Source of the DNA: Actinomycetota bacterium
GTDB taxonomy: Bacteria; Actinomycetota; UBA4738; HRBIN12
Reading direction: 5' to 3'
DNA: 64,000 bases
NCBI GenBank assembly: GCA_036257835.1
Contig: DATAEU010000033.1
Coordinates: 1,198-65,197 of the forward strand
The position numbers and the translations under genes are program-made. Shown here in pieces: positions 9,481 through 19,058 of the stretch. The notes beneath the pieces are model-generated. The model saw nothing but the letters and a program-made list of their open reading frames with translations. It ran no database searches and was not told the origin of the DNA. The first letter of the stretch is position 1; each line of letters begins with the position of its first letter.

Positions 9481-10521
9481 GTGACGGAGCGCGTCCTGAC
9501 GACGCGCGAGCTGAACCGCGCCCTCCTGGCCCGCCAGCTCCTGCTCGACCGCGTCCGGCAACCGGTGCCGACGGTGGTCGAGCGCATGGGTGAGGTGCAG
9601 TCCCAGTACGCGCCCTCGATGTACATCGGGCTCTGGTCACGGATCGACGGGCTGCGCCGGGAGGACGTCGGGTCGGCGCTCACGTCGAAGGGCGTCGTCC
9701 AGGGCACGCTGATGCGCTCGACGATCCACCTCGTGTCGCGGCGCGACTACTTCCCGCTCGCCGCCGGCGTCCGGGACGCGCGCCGAGCGTGGTGGCTCCG
9801 CACCACGAAGCTGACCGGCGACCGCGAGATCGGCCGCGCGGCCGAACGCGTCCGCGAGGTCCTTGCGGACGGACCGAAGACGCGCGCCGAGCTCCTGCGC
9901 GAGGTCCGCGGCGACACCCACATGTGGAACGCGGTCGGTCTGTGGGTCGACCTCGTGCGCGTGCCCCCGTCGGGGACGTGGGAGCGCAGGCGCGCCGACC
10001 TGCTCGCGACGGCCGAATGGTGGCTCGGCGAGGCTCCCGACGTCGCGGAGGAGGATGGGTTGCGGCTGCTCGCGACGCGGTACCTCGGCGCGTTCGGGCC
10101 CGCATCGCGCAGGGACCTCTCGTCGTGGGCGGGCGTGCCGGCGTCGCGGTTCGAGCCGGTCCTCCCGACCATGCGGCTGCGACGGTTCCGCGACGAACGC
10201 GGTGAGGAGCTGATCGACCTCCCGCGCGCCCCGCTGCCGAACGGCGACACGCCGGCCCCGGTTCGGCTGCTCGGCACGTACGACGCGGTGCTGCTCGCGC
10301 ACGCTCGCCGGACGGACGTGCTGCCGGAACGGCACCGCGAGCGGGTCTTCAACATCCACCTCCCGCACTCCGTGTGTTCGTTCCTCGTCGACGGGAGGAT
10401 CGCCGGGAGCTGGCGTGTGGCCGGCGGGCGTCTCGAGGTCGAGCCGTTCGAGCGGCTGACGCGATCGACGCGCCGCGAGCTGGACGACGAGCTCGAACGC
10501 GTCCTCGAGCTGTATCGCTGA
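9481..10521 (+). CDS. Winged-helix DNA-binding domain protein of the AlkZ/YcaQ-like (DUF1006) family, a putative DNA glycosylase
   Basis: GTG at 9481. N-terminus reads LTTRELNRALLARQLLLDR...QSQYAPSMYIGLWSR, typical of the AlkZ-like HTH_42 family. Confidence 0.55.
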   Translation: MTERVLTTRELNRALLARQLLLDRVRQPVPTVVERMGEVQSQYAPSMYIGLWSRIDGLRREDVGSALTSKGVVQGTLMRSTIHLVSRRDYFPLAAGVRDARRAWWLRTTKLTGDREIGRAAERVREVLADGPKTRAELLREVRGDTHMWNAVGLWVDLVRVPPSGTWERRRADLLATAEWWLGEAPDVAEEDGLRLLATRYLGAFGPASRRDLSSWAGVPASRFEPVLPTMRLRRFRDERGEELIDLPRAPLPNGDTPAPVRLLGTYDAVLLAHARRTDVLPERHRERVFNIHLPHSVCSFLVDGRIAGSWRVAGGRLEVEPFERLTRSTRRELDDELERVLELYR

Positions 10522-10575
10522 CGCGTCGGTCGTCGCCCGTGTGTTGACGGCCGTCGGTTCGGGGACACTGGCTCG

Positions 10576-11481
10576 ATGCGACCGCCCGACGACGTCGAGG
10601 TCTCGCGTCCGGACAAGCTTCTCTGGGCCGATGCCGGGGTCACGAAGGCGAGCTATCGCGCCTACCTCGACGCGGTGGCCGAGCACATGCTCCCGTGGCT
10701 GCGTGGCCGGCCGCTCACCGTGATCCGCGCGCCGGACGGCGTCGGCGGCGAGCGCTACTTCCAGAAGTCGGCATCGTCGCACACGCCGGCGTGGATCGCG
10801 ACGATCGAGATCCACGCGCCGAGCGCACGACGCGACGTGCGATACGTCGTCTGCGACAACCGCCAGACGCTCGAATGGCTCGGGAACCAGGCGGCCGTCG
10901 AATTCCATCCCGCGCCGGTGCGTGTGGACAGGCTCGACCGGCCGGACTGGTTGGTGTTCGACATCGATCCGCCCGAGGGGCGGTTCGCGGACGCCGTTGC
11001 CGTCGCACGGCTGGTGCTCGAGCACCTCGGCGACACCGGGCTCGAGGCGGGGGTGAAGACCACCGGCGGCAAGGGCCTGCACGTCCTCGTGCCGCTCGAG
11101 CGTCGGTACGGCACTCGCGAGCTCCGTGGCGCCGCCGCGAGGGTGTCGGCCGCGATCGCCGAGCGCGAGCCCGATCTCGTGACCGACGAGTTCAGGAAGG
11201 CGGGTCGCGGCGGACGAGTGCTGCTGGATCCCTCGCGGAACGCGCCGGGCTCAACGGTCGTCGCGCCGTATTCACCGCGGGGCCGCGCCGAGGCGTCGGT
11301 CTCGTTCCCCGTCACGCCGGACGATCTCGGCCGGATCGACCCCACCCAGTTCACGATCCCGACGGCGCCTGGGCTCCTCGGCGGCGACGGACCGCGTCGC
11401 TGGCTCGAGCTGTCGGAGCGGCGCTTCCGCCTCCCGGCGTCGCTGGTGCGAGAGCGGTCTTCTTCCCAGCGCGCTCGTTAG
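10576..11481 (+). CDS. Stand-alone NHEJ polymerase/primase domain (LigD Pol domain)
   Basis: KLLWADAGVTKASYRAYLDAVAEHMLPWLRGRPLTVIRAPDG...YFQK matches the LigD PolDom N-terminus. There are no ligase or nuclease domains. Confidence 0.8.
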   Translation: MRPPDDVEVSRPDKLLWADAGVTKASYRAYLDAVAEHMLPWLRGRPLTVIRAPDGVGGERYFQKSASSHTPAWIATIEIHAPSARRDVRYVVCDNRQTLEWLGNQAAVEFHPAPVRVDRLDRPDWLVFDIDPPEGRFADAVAVARLVLEHLGDTGLEAGVKTTGGKGLHVLVPLERRYGTRELRGAAARVSAAIAEREPDLVTDEFRKAGRGGRVLLDPSRNAPGSTVVAPYSPRGRAEASVSFPVTPDDLGRIDPTQFTIPTAPGLLGGDGPRRWLELSERRFRLPASLVRERSSSQRAR

Positions 11482-11496
11482 CCGTCGCGCGGTCGG

Positions 11497-12183
11497 TCAG
11501 TCGCCCGGGCCGCCGGCGCGCATCGCCCGGTACGCCCTTGCTGCGTAGAACATCGCCAGCGGGATCGCGACGATCGCGGCGCTCAGGAACTGTCCGGGTC
11601 CCGCGTCGGTCCCGAGGACGAGCTGGTTGGCACCGAGCGCGAGGAGCCCGGCGCCGGCGAGGCCGAACGCCGTCGCGCCGACCGTCGGCTCGAACGCCGC
11701 CGGGGCCGCGTCCGGTACGGCGCCGGTTCGCCGCACCGCCAGGTACGCTAGGCCGGCCGCAAGCGCGAAGACCAGCGTCGCGATCCGATACTCGATCACC
11801 TCGCCGGCGTGATGTGTCGCCGCTGCTTCCTCGCAGGTGGATGCCACCGGCGCGTACTCGGCGAGGTCCGCGCAGCGCGCTGCGGTGTACGTGACGCCCG
11901 GCGTGTCACCTGCGACGAACGCGTCGCCGAACGCCGCGTCGAGGCCCCAGGCCACGAGCCCGCTGGCGGCGATCGCCAGGAACCCGACGATGACGAGGCG
12001 GTGCAGCGGCCGCCACAGGTCGGCGAGCCGCGGCCCGAGGCCGCCGAGCGCTGAGGTCCCGGAGGCCGCGCCGATCTCCATGGGCCGATGATGCGACGCG
12101 GCCGCCTCCCGGGCAATGCCGAGGCGATGGAGAACCTGTCGCCGCGCCGTGGCGACTGCTACCTCGCCGCGGTCGTCATCCAC
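11497..12183 (-). CDS. Hypothetical membrane protein
   Basis: Alternative start overlaps the upstream stop (GTGA-type coupling with the trehalose-synthase-like gene). Several TM helices. Confidence 0.4.
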   Translation of the reverse strand: MDDDRGEVAVATARRQVLHRLGIAREAAASHHRPMEIGAASGTSALGGLGPRLADLWRPLHRLVIVGFLAIAASGLVAWGLDAAFGDAFVAGDTPGVTYTAARCADLAEYAPVASTCEEAAATHHAGEVIEYRIATLVFALAAGLAYLAVRRTGAVPDAAPAAFEPTVGATAFGLAGAGLLALGANQLVLGTDAGPGQFLSAAIVAIPLAMFYAARAYRAMRAGGPGD

Positions 12184-13930
12184 GAAGCCGTATCCATCGA
12201 TAGCCGTAGCCGTCGATCGCGACGTCGTCCGCGCCCTGCTCCGGGTACGGCCGGTTCGCGAAGATGTCCCACCCCCCCGCGACGTCTCCGAGGCGCACGC
12301 GCTTCCTGCGGTTCGCCAGGTTGTGAACGGTGACGGTGCGCTGCTCGCCGTGGCGGTACTCGAGCGCCATGACGCTCTTCGCTCCCGTCTCGAGCGATCG
12401 CCAGGTCCCGGTTCCGAACCCGGGCGCCTCGCTCCGCGCGACGATCGCCCGCTCGACCCAGTTGAGCAGCGACGCAGGATCGCGCTGCTGCTCGGAGACG
12501 TTCACGGTGCGGTACCCGAACGCACCCTTCGCGATGACGGGCAGGGGCAGGTCCTTCCTCCGCGCCGACGAGAAGCCGGCGTTCGGGGCATCCGACCACT
12601 GCATCGGCGTCCGGACCGGACCGCGTTCGGGGATCGAGAGGTCTTCGCCCATCCCGATCTCGTCGCCGTAGTACAGGACCGGCGTCCCGGGCATTGAGAG
12701 CAGCAGGCTAAACACCAGCTCGATGCGCCGGCGATCCCCGCCGAGCATCGGCGCGATCCGGCGCCGGATCCCGCGCTCGTAGAGCTGCATCGACGGGTCG
12801 GGTGCGAACACGGCGAAGACGTCGCCTCGCTCCTCGTCGCTCAGCTTGCTGAGATCGATCTCGTCGTGGTTGCGAACGAACGTCGCCCACTGGTCGGTCC
12901 TCGGGATGCCGGTCGTGTCCACGAGCGCCTGCACGAGGGGGCGCGCGTCTGCCCGCGCGAGCGCGAGCCACAGCGCCCGGTTGGCCTCGAAATTGAATAG
13001 CAGGTGCATCCCGCCGGGACCGAAGTAGTCCTCGACCTGATCGCGGTCGACGTTGGCCTCGCCGAGGAGCGCCGCATCGCCGCGGCGCCACGACAGCTGG
13101 TCGCGGAGCTGGTGCAGGTAGTCGAACCGCGGCCCCGGCTCGATCCCCTCCGCGCCCGCCGGCTCGATCAGGTAGGGCGCCGCGTCGAGCCGGTACCCGG
13201 CGATCCCAAGCTCGATCCAGAACCCGATGATCTTCTCCATCTCGTGCCGAACCGCCGGGTTGGCGATGTTGAGGTCGGGCTGGAAGTCGTAGAAGCGGTG
13301 GAAGTAGTACCGACCCGCCTTGCGGTCGAACGACCACGTCGACTTCTGCACGCCGGGGAAGACGACGCCCGTCGCGGCATCGGGCGGCTTCCGGTCGGCC
13401 CACACGTAGTAGTCGCGAAAAACGGGATGGCCCTCGCGCCCCGCAAGGAACCAGGGATGTTGGTTCGATGTGTGGTTGAGCACAAGGTCGACGATCACGC
13501 GGATGCCGCGGTCGTCGGCGGCGTGAACGAGGTCGACGAAGTCACCCAGGTCACCGAGCTCCGGGTGGACCGCGTAGTGGTCGGTGATGTCGTACCCGTC
13601 GTCGCGCCACGGCGAGGGATAGAAGGGCAGCAGCCACAGGCAGGTCACGCCGAGCCCAGCGAGGTAGTCGAGCCGACGGATCAGTCCGCGAAGGTCGCCG
13701 ATGCCGTCGCCGTTGGAGTCCTGGAACGTCCGGACCGAGACCTCGTAGAGGAGCGCGTCTTTGTACCAGCGGTCCTGCAGGGTCGGATCACCATCCCGTC
13801 TGCACGTCGCGGAGCACGCTCTATGCCCCGTTCGAGGCGACCCTATGCAGCGCGTGGCGAGCGTGCGGCCAGAACCGGACGTCCGACGGCAGGAGCGGAA
13901 CGGTCGCCCGCAGACCGGCTGCCATCGCAT
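12176..13930 (-). CDS. treS: Trehalose synthase-like alpha-amylase family enzyme (maltose alpha-D-glucosyltransferase-like)
   Basis: DRWYKDALLYEVSVRTFQDSNGDGIGDLRGL...DLVLNHTS matches the GH13/TreS signature. The first in-frame canonical start is ATG 13930, about 49 aa before the WYK motif, which overlaps the upstream gene by about 110 nt. Confidence 0.75.
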   Translation of the reverse strand: MRWQPVCGRPFRSCRRTSGSGRTLATRCIGSPRTGHRACSATCRRDGDPTLQDRWYKDALLYEVSVRTFQDSNGDGIGDLRGLIRRLDYLAGLGVTCLWLLPFYPSPWRDDGYDITDHYAVHPELGDLGDFVDLVHAADDRGIRVIVDLVLNHTSNQHPWFLAGREGHPVFRDYYVWADRKPPDAATGVVFPGVQKSTWSFDRKAGRYYFHRFYDFQPDLNIANPAVRHEMEKIIGFWIELGIAGYRLDAAPYLIEPAGAEGIEPGPRFDYLHQLRDQLSWRRGDAALLGEANVDRDQVEDYFGPGGMHLLFNFEANRALWLALARADARPLVQALVDTTGIPRTDQWATFVRNHDEIDLSKLSDEERGDVFAVFAPDPSMQLYERGIRRRIAPMLGGDRRRIELVFSLLLSMPGTPVLYYGDEIGMGEDLSIPERGPVRTPMQWSDAPNAGFSSARRKDLPLPVIAKGAFGYRTVNVSEQQRDPASLLNWVERAIVARSEAPGFGTGTWRSLETGAKSVMALEYRHGEQRTVTVHNLANRRKRVRLGDVAGGWDIFANRPYPEQGADDVAIDGYGYRWIRLRG

Positions 13931-14672
13931 GGAACGCGAGCTCGGTGCCGCGGTTCCACCGCAGACGGAGCTCCGAACGCACCCGGGGCGGGAGCAGTCC
14001 GATGCTGCCGAGGCCGCCGAGCAGGCCGGCCGGCACGAGCGGAGCGGGCATCGGCGGAGACAGCACCTGGCGTGCGATCGCGCGACACTCGTCGTCGATC
14101 TCGAGACCCGCGATCGTGTCGTCCATGTAGGCGCGGAAGGCCGCGTACGAGGACGGGTGGAGCTCGTCGGGGACGCCGAACGCCGTTCCCATCGTCTGCA
14201 TCTCCAGGTAGTAGCGCTCGCGCACCGCGAACGGCAGCGGGTGGACGAACGCGTCGTACGCGGCGATCGAGGACTCGACGAGCGTGGCGTGCACCCACAG
14301 GAGCAGGTCGGGATCGAGGGCCGAGTACGGCCGGCCCCCGCGCACGCCGCGGACATGCCCGTGGATCCGCGTGACGCGCTCGACCGCCGTGGCTGCCTGC
14401 TCGGTGTCGCCGAAGATGACCATAAGCGCCGCGTCCACGGTTCGCCACAGGCGGTCGTACGGGTTCGCGGTGAAGTCGCTGTGATCGGCGACGCCCGCCG
14501 CCACCATCGGGTTCGCCACCTGGAGCAGCAGCGCTCGTCCGCCGCCGAGCAACAGGACGGACTCGCGGTTGATACGCCACGCCAGCGAGCCGGGCCCGAA
14601 GAGCCCCGGATCGCCCGGCCGCCCGCGCGCCGGTCGCGGGAAGCCTCGAACGACGTCCTTCAGGCTCTGCAC
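13821..14672 (-). CDS. MpaB/DUF2236-type oxygenase family protein
   Basis: SLAWRINRESVLLLGGGRALLLQVANPMVAAGVADHSDF matches the DUF2236 family (ER-bound oxygenase MpaB/LcpA-like). Confidence 0.6.
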   Translation of the reverse strand: MQSLKDVVRGFPRPARGRPGDPGLFGPGSLAWRINRESVLLLGGGRALLLQVANPMVAAGVADHSDFTANPYDRLWRTVDAALMVIFGDTEQAATAVERVTRIHGHVRGVRGGRPYSALDPDLLLWVHATLVESSIAAYDAFVHPLPFAVRERYYLEMQTMGTAFGVPDELHPSSYAAFRAYMDDTIAGLEIDDECRAIARQVLSPPMPAPLVPAGLLGGLGSIGLLPPRVRSELRLRWNRGTELAFHAMAAGLRATVPLLPSDVRFWPHARHALHRVASNGA

Positions 14673-14696
14673 GAGGCGCTCAACGGGTAGGCGAGC

Positions 14697-15116
14697 TCAC
14701 GACGGGAGCCGGACGGCGCCGTCCTCCGTGAGCTCGAAGCCGGGGTTGAACGCGACCTCCCACGGGTGGCCGTCCGGGTCGAGGAATACGCCCGCATAGC
14801 CGCCGTAGAAGGTCTCGGTCGGCTCGCGGGCGATCAGCGCCCCGGCCGCCCGCGCCTGCTCGATCACACGGTGCACCTCGTCGCGGGATCGAACGTTGTG
14901 CGCGAGCGTGACACCCCCCCACCCACCGCCGTCCTCGACGCCGCTGTCGGCCGCCAGCTTGTCGCGCCCCCACAGCGTCAGGACGAGGTCGCCGGCCTGG
15001 AAGAAGACGGTCTCCTCCACGTCGAGTCCCACATGCCAGCCGAGCTGCTCGTAGAACGCCCGCGCGGCGGCGACATCGGAAACGCCGAGCGTGATCAGCG
15101 TCACGCGCTGTTCCAT
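14697..15116 (-). CDS. VOC/glyoxalase family protein
   Basis: 139 aa with N- and C-terminal beta-alpha-beta-beta-beta modules (VAAARAFYEQLGW..., FLDPDGHPWEV). Confidence 0.75.
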   Translation of the reverse strand: MEQRVTLITLGVSDVAAARAFYEQLGWHVGLDVEETVFFQAGDLVLTLWGRDKLAADSGVEDGGGWGGVTLAHNVRSRDEVHRVIEQARAAGALIAREPTETFYGGYAGVFLDPDGHPWEVAFNPGFELTEDGAVRLPS

Positions 15117-15252
15117 GGCCCGACCCTAGCGCACGTCGGCGACCGGCCCATCCGCCCTCCGACGTTCGGCCCCCGGCCCCGCCGATATCGCGGGGTACGG
15201 TGGGAGTGCGCACCACCGGGCGCCGGCGCGCACTACGGCGACGAGCGAGGCG

Positions 15253-16161
15253 ATGACCATGAGCAGGATGACGCTGGTCCGCGGACAGAAGGCCGACCTC
15301 CCTGTGGTTCGCGAGCTCCCGGGGGCGGCGACGGCGGGGCCGTTGCGCGTTGCGTACGTGTTGACCGGCATCGTCGTCGCGGTGATGGCTGCGAGCTCGC
15401 TGCTGGGGCTGTTCGTCCACGACCTGTATCCGGACGGCCCGTGGGCGTCGGAGGCGCTGCGCGGCGGCGACCTGGTCACGCTCGTGATCGCGGCGCCGCT
15501 GCTCGCGTACGCGCTGTCCCGGACGATCCGGGGGTCGTTACGGTGGCCCGCCGTGTGGATCGGGCTCCTCGGGTACTCGGCCTACAACTACGGGTTCTAC
15601 GTGTTCGGCCCGAGGTTCAACGATGCCTTCCTGCTGCACATCATGGCGATGTCCATGTCGCTGTTCGCGATCGCGTTCGGCCTCCCATCGATCGACTGGC
15701 GCGCCGTGGGGGAGCGGTTCCGGAACGACCGATGGGCCCGGTGGATCGGCGGCGTCCTCGTCGCCGTCGGCGTGCTCCAGGGCGCCGCGTGGGTGTTCCT
15801 GATCCTGCGGTTCGTCGTGACTGGCGACCTCCTGAAGCAGATCCCCGTCACAGGCCAGCACCTGATCTTCGCACTCGACCTGACGCTGATGATGCCGGCG
15901 CTCGTCGTCGCCGGCGTCCTGTTGTACCGGCGGACGACGATCGGCTACGTGCTCGGGCCGGCGGTCGCCGTGCTCGGAGCGGTGTATTCGCTGAACGGCA
16001 ACGCCGCCGCCTGGTTCCAGTCCCACGCCGGGGTGCCGGGGGCGGTCGCCGTCTCGCCCACGAACGTCGTGATCACGCTGGCCATGTTCGGACCGGCGGT
16101 GGCCCTGTGGCTGGGGGCCCGCAGGCGCCAGAACGGGGAATCCGGTAGTCTGGCCGGGTGA
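15253..16161 (+). CDS. Hypothetical polytopic membrane protein
   Basis: 302 aa with about 8 predicted TM helices. No recognised family. Confidence 0.5.
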   Translation: MTMSRMTLVRGQKADLPVVRELPGAATAGPLRVAYVLTGIVVAVMAASSLLGLFVHDLYPDGPWASEALRGGDLVTLVIAAPLLAYALSRTIRGSLRWPAVWIGLLGYSAYNYGFYVFGPRFNDAFLLHIMAMSMSLFAIAFGLPSIDWRAVGERFRNDRWARWIGGVLVAVGVLQGAAWVFLILRFVVTGDLLKQIPVTGQHLIFALDLTLMMPALVVAGVLLYRRTTIGYVLGPAVAVLGAVYSLNGNAAAWFQSHAGVPGAVAVSPTNVVITLAMFGPAVALWLGARRRQNGESGSLAG

Positions 16162-16346
16162 CCGAGTTCTACCGGACGGAGCGTGGCATCACCCTGCGGG
16201 TGACCACCTCGGAGGACGGCGGCCTCAACGTCCAGCTCCTCAAGGATGGGACGTGGGCGCCCGCCCCCGTCGGCATGATGGGCCTTCGCCTCTCGCCGGG
16301 CACGCGCCGCCTGCGAGCGTCCGAGGTCAAGGCCCTCCCGGCCTAA
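16158..16346 (+). CDS. Small hypothetical protein (62 aa)
   Basis: GTG start overlaps the upstream stop (GTGA). Support is by coupling only. Confidence 0.3.
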   Translation: MTEFYRTERGITLRVTTSEDGGLNVQLLKDGTWAPAPVGMMGLRLSPGTRRLRASEVKALPA

Positions 16347-16391
16347 GCGCCGAGTTCGGAGGGGCGGCGAGCTTCCGTTCGGGCTATCCGC

Positions 16392-16940
16392 CTATCCGCG
16401 CGCCGTCCGCCGTTTGGCGGTTGACTTCCTCGTACCCGAGCGCTTGGCCGTCGACTTCCTGGTTGTTGACCTTTTGGATCCCGACCGTTTCGCGGTCGAC
16501 CTCTTGCTGGTGGAGCGCTTCGCCCCCGCCCGCTTCGTCGTCGACTTCTTCGCACCCGCCCGCTTGGTCGCCGACCGCTTCGCCCCGCCGCGCTTCGCCG
16601 TTGATTTCCGAGAAGTCACCTTCTTTGCTCCGCCGCGCTTCGCCGTCGACCGCTTCGCCGTCGACTTCTTCGCTCCGCCGCGCTTCGCCGTCGACCGCTT
16701 GGAAGTCGACCGCGTGGCGGATGGCTTCCTAGCGACCGGCTTCCTCCTCGGGGGCGCCTCGCGAGGTGGCTCCTGCATCGGGGGCATCCCGGTCATGGTG
16801 TCCCCCACGCCGGTCTCGTCCATCGGCGCACCGGTCATCGCGCCGGTCTCGCCCATCGGCTCCATCGGCGCACCGGTCATCGCGCCGTTCTCGTCCATCG
16901 GCATCCGTGTCTCGTCGCCGTTCGTTTCCGATGTCGTCAT
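16392..16940 (-). CDS. Histone H1-like lysine-rich repeat protein with a Met-rich acidic N-terminus
   Basis: ATG 16940 is preceded by AAGGAGGG with a 4-nt spacer. The N-terminus has GAMTGAPM(E/D)xxG repeats. The C-terminus has about nine K/R-S/T-A-K-R repeats (KRSTAKRGGAKKSTA) encoded by a 48-nt tandem repeat. Confidence 0.6.
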   Translation of the reverse strand: MTTSETNGDETRMPMDENGAMTGAPMEPMGETGAMTGAPMDETGVGDTMTGMPPMQEPPREAPPRRKPVARKPSATRSTSKRSTAKRGGAKKSTAKRSTAKRGGAKKVTSRKSTAKRGGAKRSATKRAGAKKSTTKRAGAKRSTSKRSTAKRSGSKRSTTRKSTAKRSGTRKSTAKRRTARG

Positions 16941-17090
16941 CGGTCCCTCCTTCGTGATCAGATTCCGATTATGGCGCGGACGCCATGCGTCGCGCGAATC
17001 CATCCAACACCATCGTGGGCCGTTCGATCGACTTGCCCCACCTCCTCCCGGAAGGCTAGCGTCAGTGGCCTGGTGCCCAAGGAGGTCAAG

Positions 17091-19052
17091 ATGGCCCCGT
17101 TCGCGTCCTCCGCCCGCCGCCGACCCATGCGGCGACTTCGCGGTCTGGCGGTGATCATGGGTCTCGGTCTCCTCACGTTTCCTGGGATCCAGCCGGTGGC
17201 GGCGGCGCCATCCTCGGATCAGGCGTTCGTCCGCGTCAACCAGGTCGGATACCCGGCCGAGGCGACGAAGCGCGCATACCTCCTGTCGACGGCTCCGGAG
17301 ACGGGTGCGACGTTCGTCGTGCGCTCGGGTGGGTCGACCGTCTTCTCGGGGTCGATCGGCGCCGATCTCGGGGGCTGGAGCAACACGTTCAAGCATGTAT
17401 ACCCGCTCGACTTCGATGCCGTCGCGCCCGGTGGCCCGTACACCATTGCCGTGATGGGACCCGTGACGGCGTCGTCGCCGGCGTTCGTGGTCGCCGGGAG
17501 GGCCTCCCTGTACACCTCGGCCTTGGCGAATGCGCTCGGCTTCTATCAGAACGAGCGTGACGGGGCGAACTTCATCGCCTCGGCGCTCAGGACGGCGCCC
17601 GCGCACCTGAACGATGAGAACGCGATGACATACCTGACACCCCACGCGAACAGCGCGGGGTCGTTCTCGGGCGACCTGACGCCCTTGGGAGTGCGGATCG
17701 ATGCGTCGGGCGGCTGGTGGGACGCCGGGGACTACCTGAAGTTCGTCCAGACCGCGAGTTACACCGACGCGCTGCTGCTCCTCGGCGTCCGCGACTTCCC
17801 CACGCAGATGGGCTTGACGACCTGGGGCGCCGAGGCGCGGTTCGGCGCCGAGTGGCTGATGAAGATGTGGGACGACACCAACAAGACCCTCTACTACCAG
17901 GTGGGGATCGGCGAGGGAAACTCGAAGACGCGCGGCGACCACGACATCTGGCGTCTCCCGCAGGACGACGACACGTACGGCGGGACCGACCCGGTGTACC
18001 GCTACATCCGGAACCGACCGGTGTTCCGAGCCGGTCCGCCCGGCTCGGCGGTCAGCCCCAACCTCGCCGGCCGGGACGCGGCCGCGTTCGCCCTGTGCTA
18101 CCAGGTGTTCCGCACGAGCGATCCCACGTTCGCGAACGCATGCCTGAAGAGCGCCGAGGACATCTTCGACCTTGCCGACACGTCGCCCTCCCAGCTGCTG
18201 ACGGTGATCCCGTTCAGCTTCTACCCCGAGACCGAGTGGCGCGACGACCTCGAGCTGGGCGCAGTCGAGCTGTATCGTGCCCTCGCCGCCGCCACGCCGC
18301 CCGCAGGACTCCCGCACACCGACCCGTCCTTCTACCTCGGCAAGGCAGCCGAGTGGGCGAACGCCTACATCACGGGCCCGAACGACGCGGCCGACACGCT
18401 CAACCTGTACGACGTGAGCGGACTCGCCCACGCCGAGCTGTACCGGGCGATCGATCAGGCGGGCGACCCCACCAACCTGGCCGTGTCGCAGACCTCGCTG
18501 CTCGGCGATCTGAAGAAGCAGCTGGACGGCGCGGTGTCGCAGGCGGGGACCGATCCGTTCGGCTTCGGCTTCCCCTGGGCGACGTGGGATACGACCTCGC
18601 ACGGCGCCGGCCTCTCGGTGCTCGCCAGCGAGTACGACGACCTGACGGGCAGCGCGACGTACGCCGACTTCGCCGGCCGGTGGCTCGCGAACATCCTCGG
18701 CGCGAACGCGTGGGGAACGTCGCTCATCGTTGGCGACGGGACCACGTTCCCCGACTGTATGCAGCACCAGGTAGCGAACCTGGCCGGATCGCTCGACGGC
18801 TCGCCGCCGATCCTGGCCGGTGCCGTCGTCGAAGGCCCCAACGGGACCCTCTACAAGGGCACCGTCGCGAACATGCGGGCGTGCCCGCCCGACGGATCTG
18901 ACGTGTTCGCACGGTTCAACGGGAGCGGTGCGAAGTATCGAGACAACGTGGAATCGTTCTCGACGGTCGAACCGGCGATCGATCTGGGCGCGTCCAGTCC
19001 GCTGGCGTTCGCGTGGCAAGAGACGTCGGCGCAGCCGGGGGTCGGTCCGTAG
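17091..19052 (+). CDS. Secreted glycoside hydrolase family 9 endoglucanase (cellulase) with an N-terminal Ig-like domain
   Basis: ATG 17091 is preceded by CAAGGAGG. Signal peptide MAPFASSARRRPMRRLRGLAVIMGLGLLTFPG. GGWWDAGDYLKF is the GH9 signature. Confidence 0.85.
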   Translation: MAPFASSARRRPMRRLRGLAVIMGLGLLTFPGIQPVAAAPSSDQAFVRVNQVGYPAEATKRAYLLSTAPETGATFVVRSGGSTVFSGSIGADLGGWSNTFKHVYPLDFDAVAPGGPYTIAVMGPVTASSPAFVVAGRASLYTSALANALGFYQNERDGANFIASALRTAPAHLNDENAMTYLTPHANSAGSFSGDLTPLGVRIDASGGWWDAGDYLKFVQTASYTDALLLLGVRDFPTQMGLTTWGAEARFGAEWLMKMWDDTNKTLYYQVGIGEGNSKTRGDHDIWRLPQDDDTYGGTDPVYRYIRNRPVFRAGPPGSAVSPNLAGRDAAAFALCYQVFRTSDPTFANACLKSAEDIFDLADTSPSQLLTVIPFSFYPETEWRDDLELGAVELYRALAAATPPAGLPHTDPSFYLGKAAEWANAYITGPNDAADTLNLYDVSGLAHAELYRAIDQAGDPTNLAVSQTSLLGDLKKQLDGAVSQAGTDPFGFGFPWATWDTTSHGAGLSVLASEYDDLTGSATYADFAGRWLANILGANAWGTSLIVGDGTTFPDCMQHQVANLAGSLDGSPPILAGAVVEGPNGTLYKGTVANMRACPPDGSDVFARFNGSGAKYRDNVESFSTVEPAIDLGASSPLAFAWQETSAQPGVGP

Positions 19053-19058
19053 ACCGTC

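Noticed and set aside
9637-11082. 481-aa minus-strand ORF across the AlkZ-like and LigD-Pol genes
   Set aside because: It lies antisense to two genes with clear family motifs. It has no RBS and is low-complexity.
16560-16740. Tandem 48-nt DNA repeats that might suggest a CRISPR or satellite array
   Set aside because: The repeats are in frame and encode the 16-aa lysine-rich protein repeats. There are no spacers of unique sequence and no cas genes.
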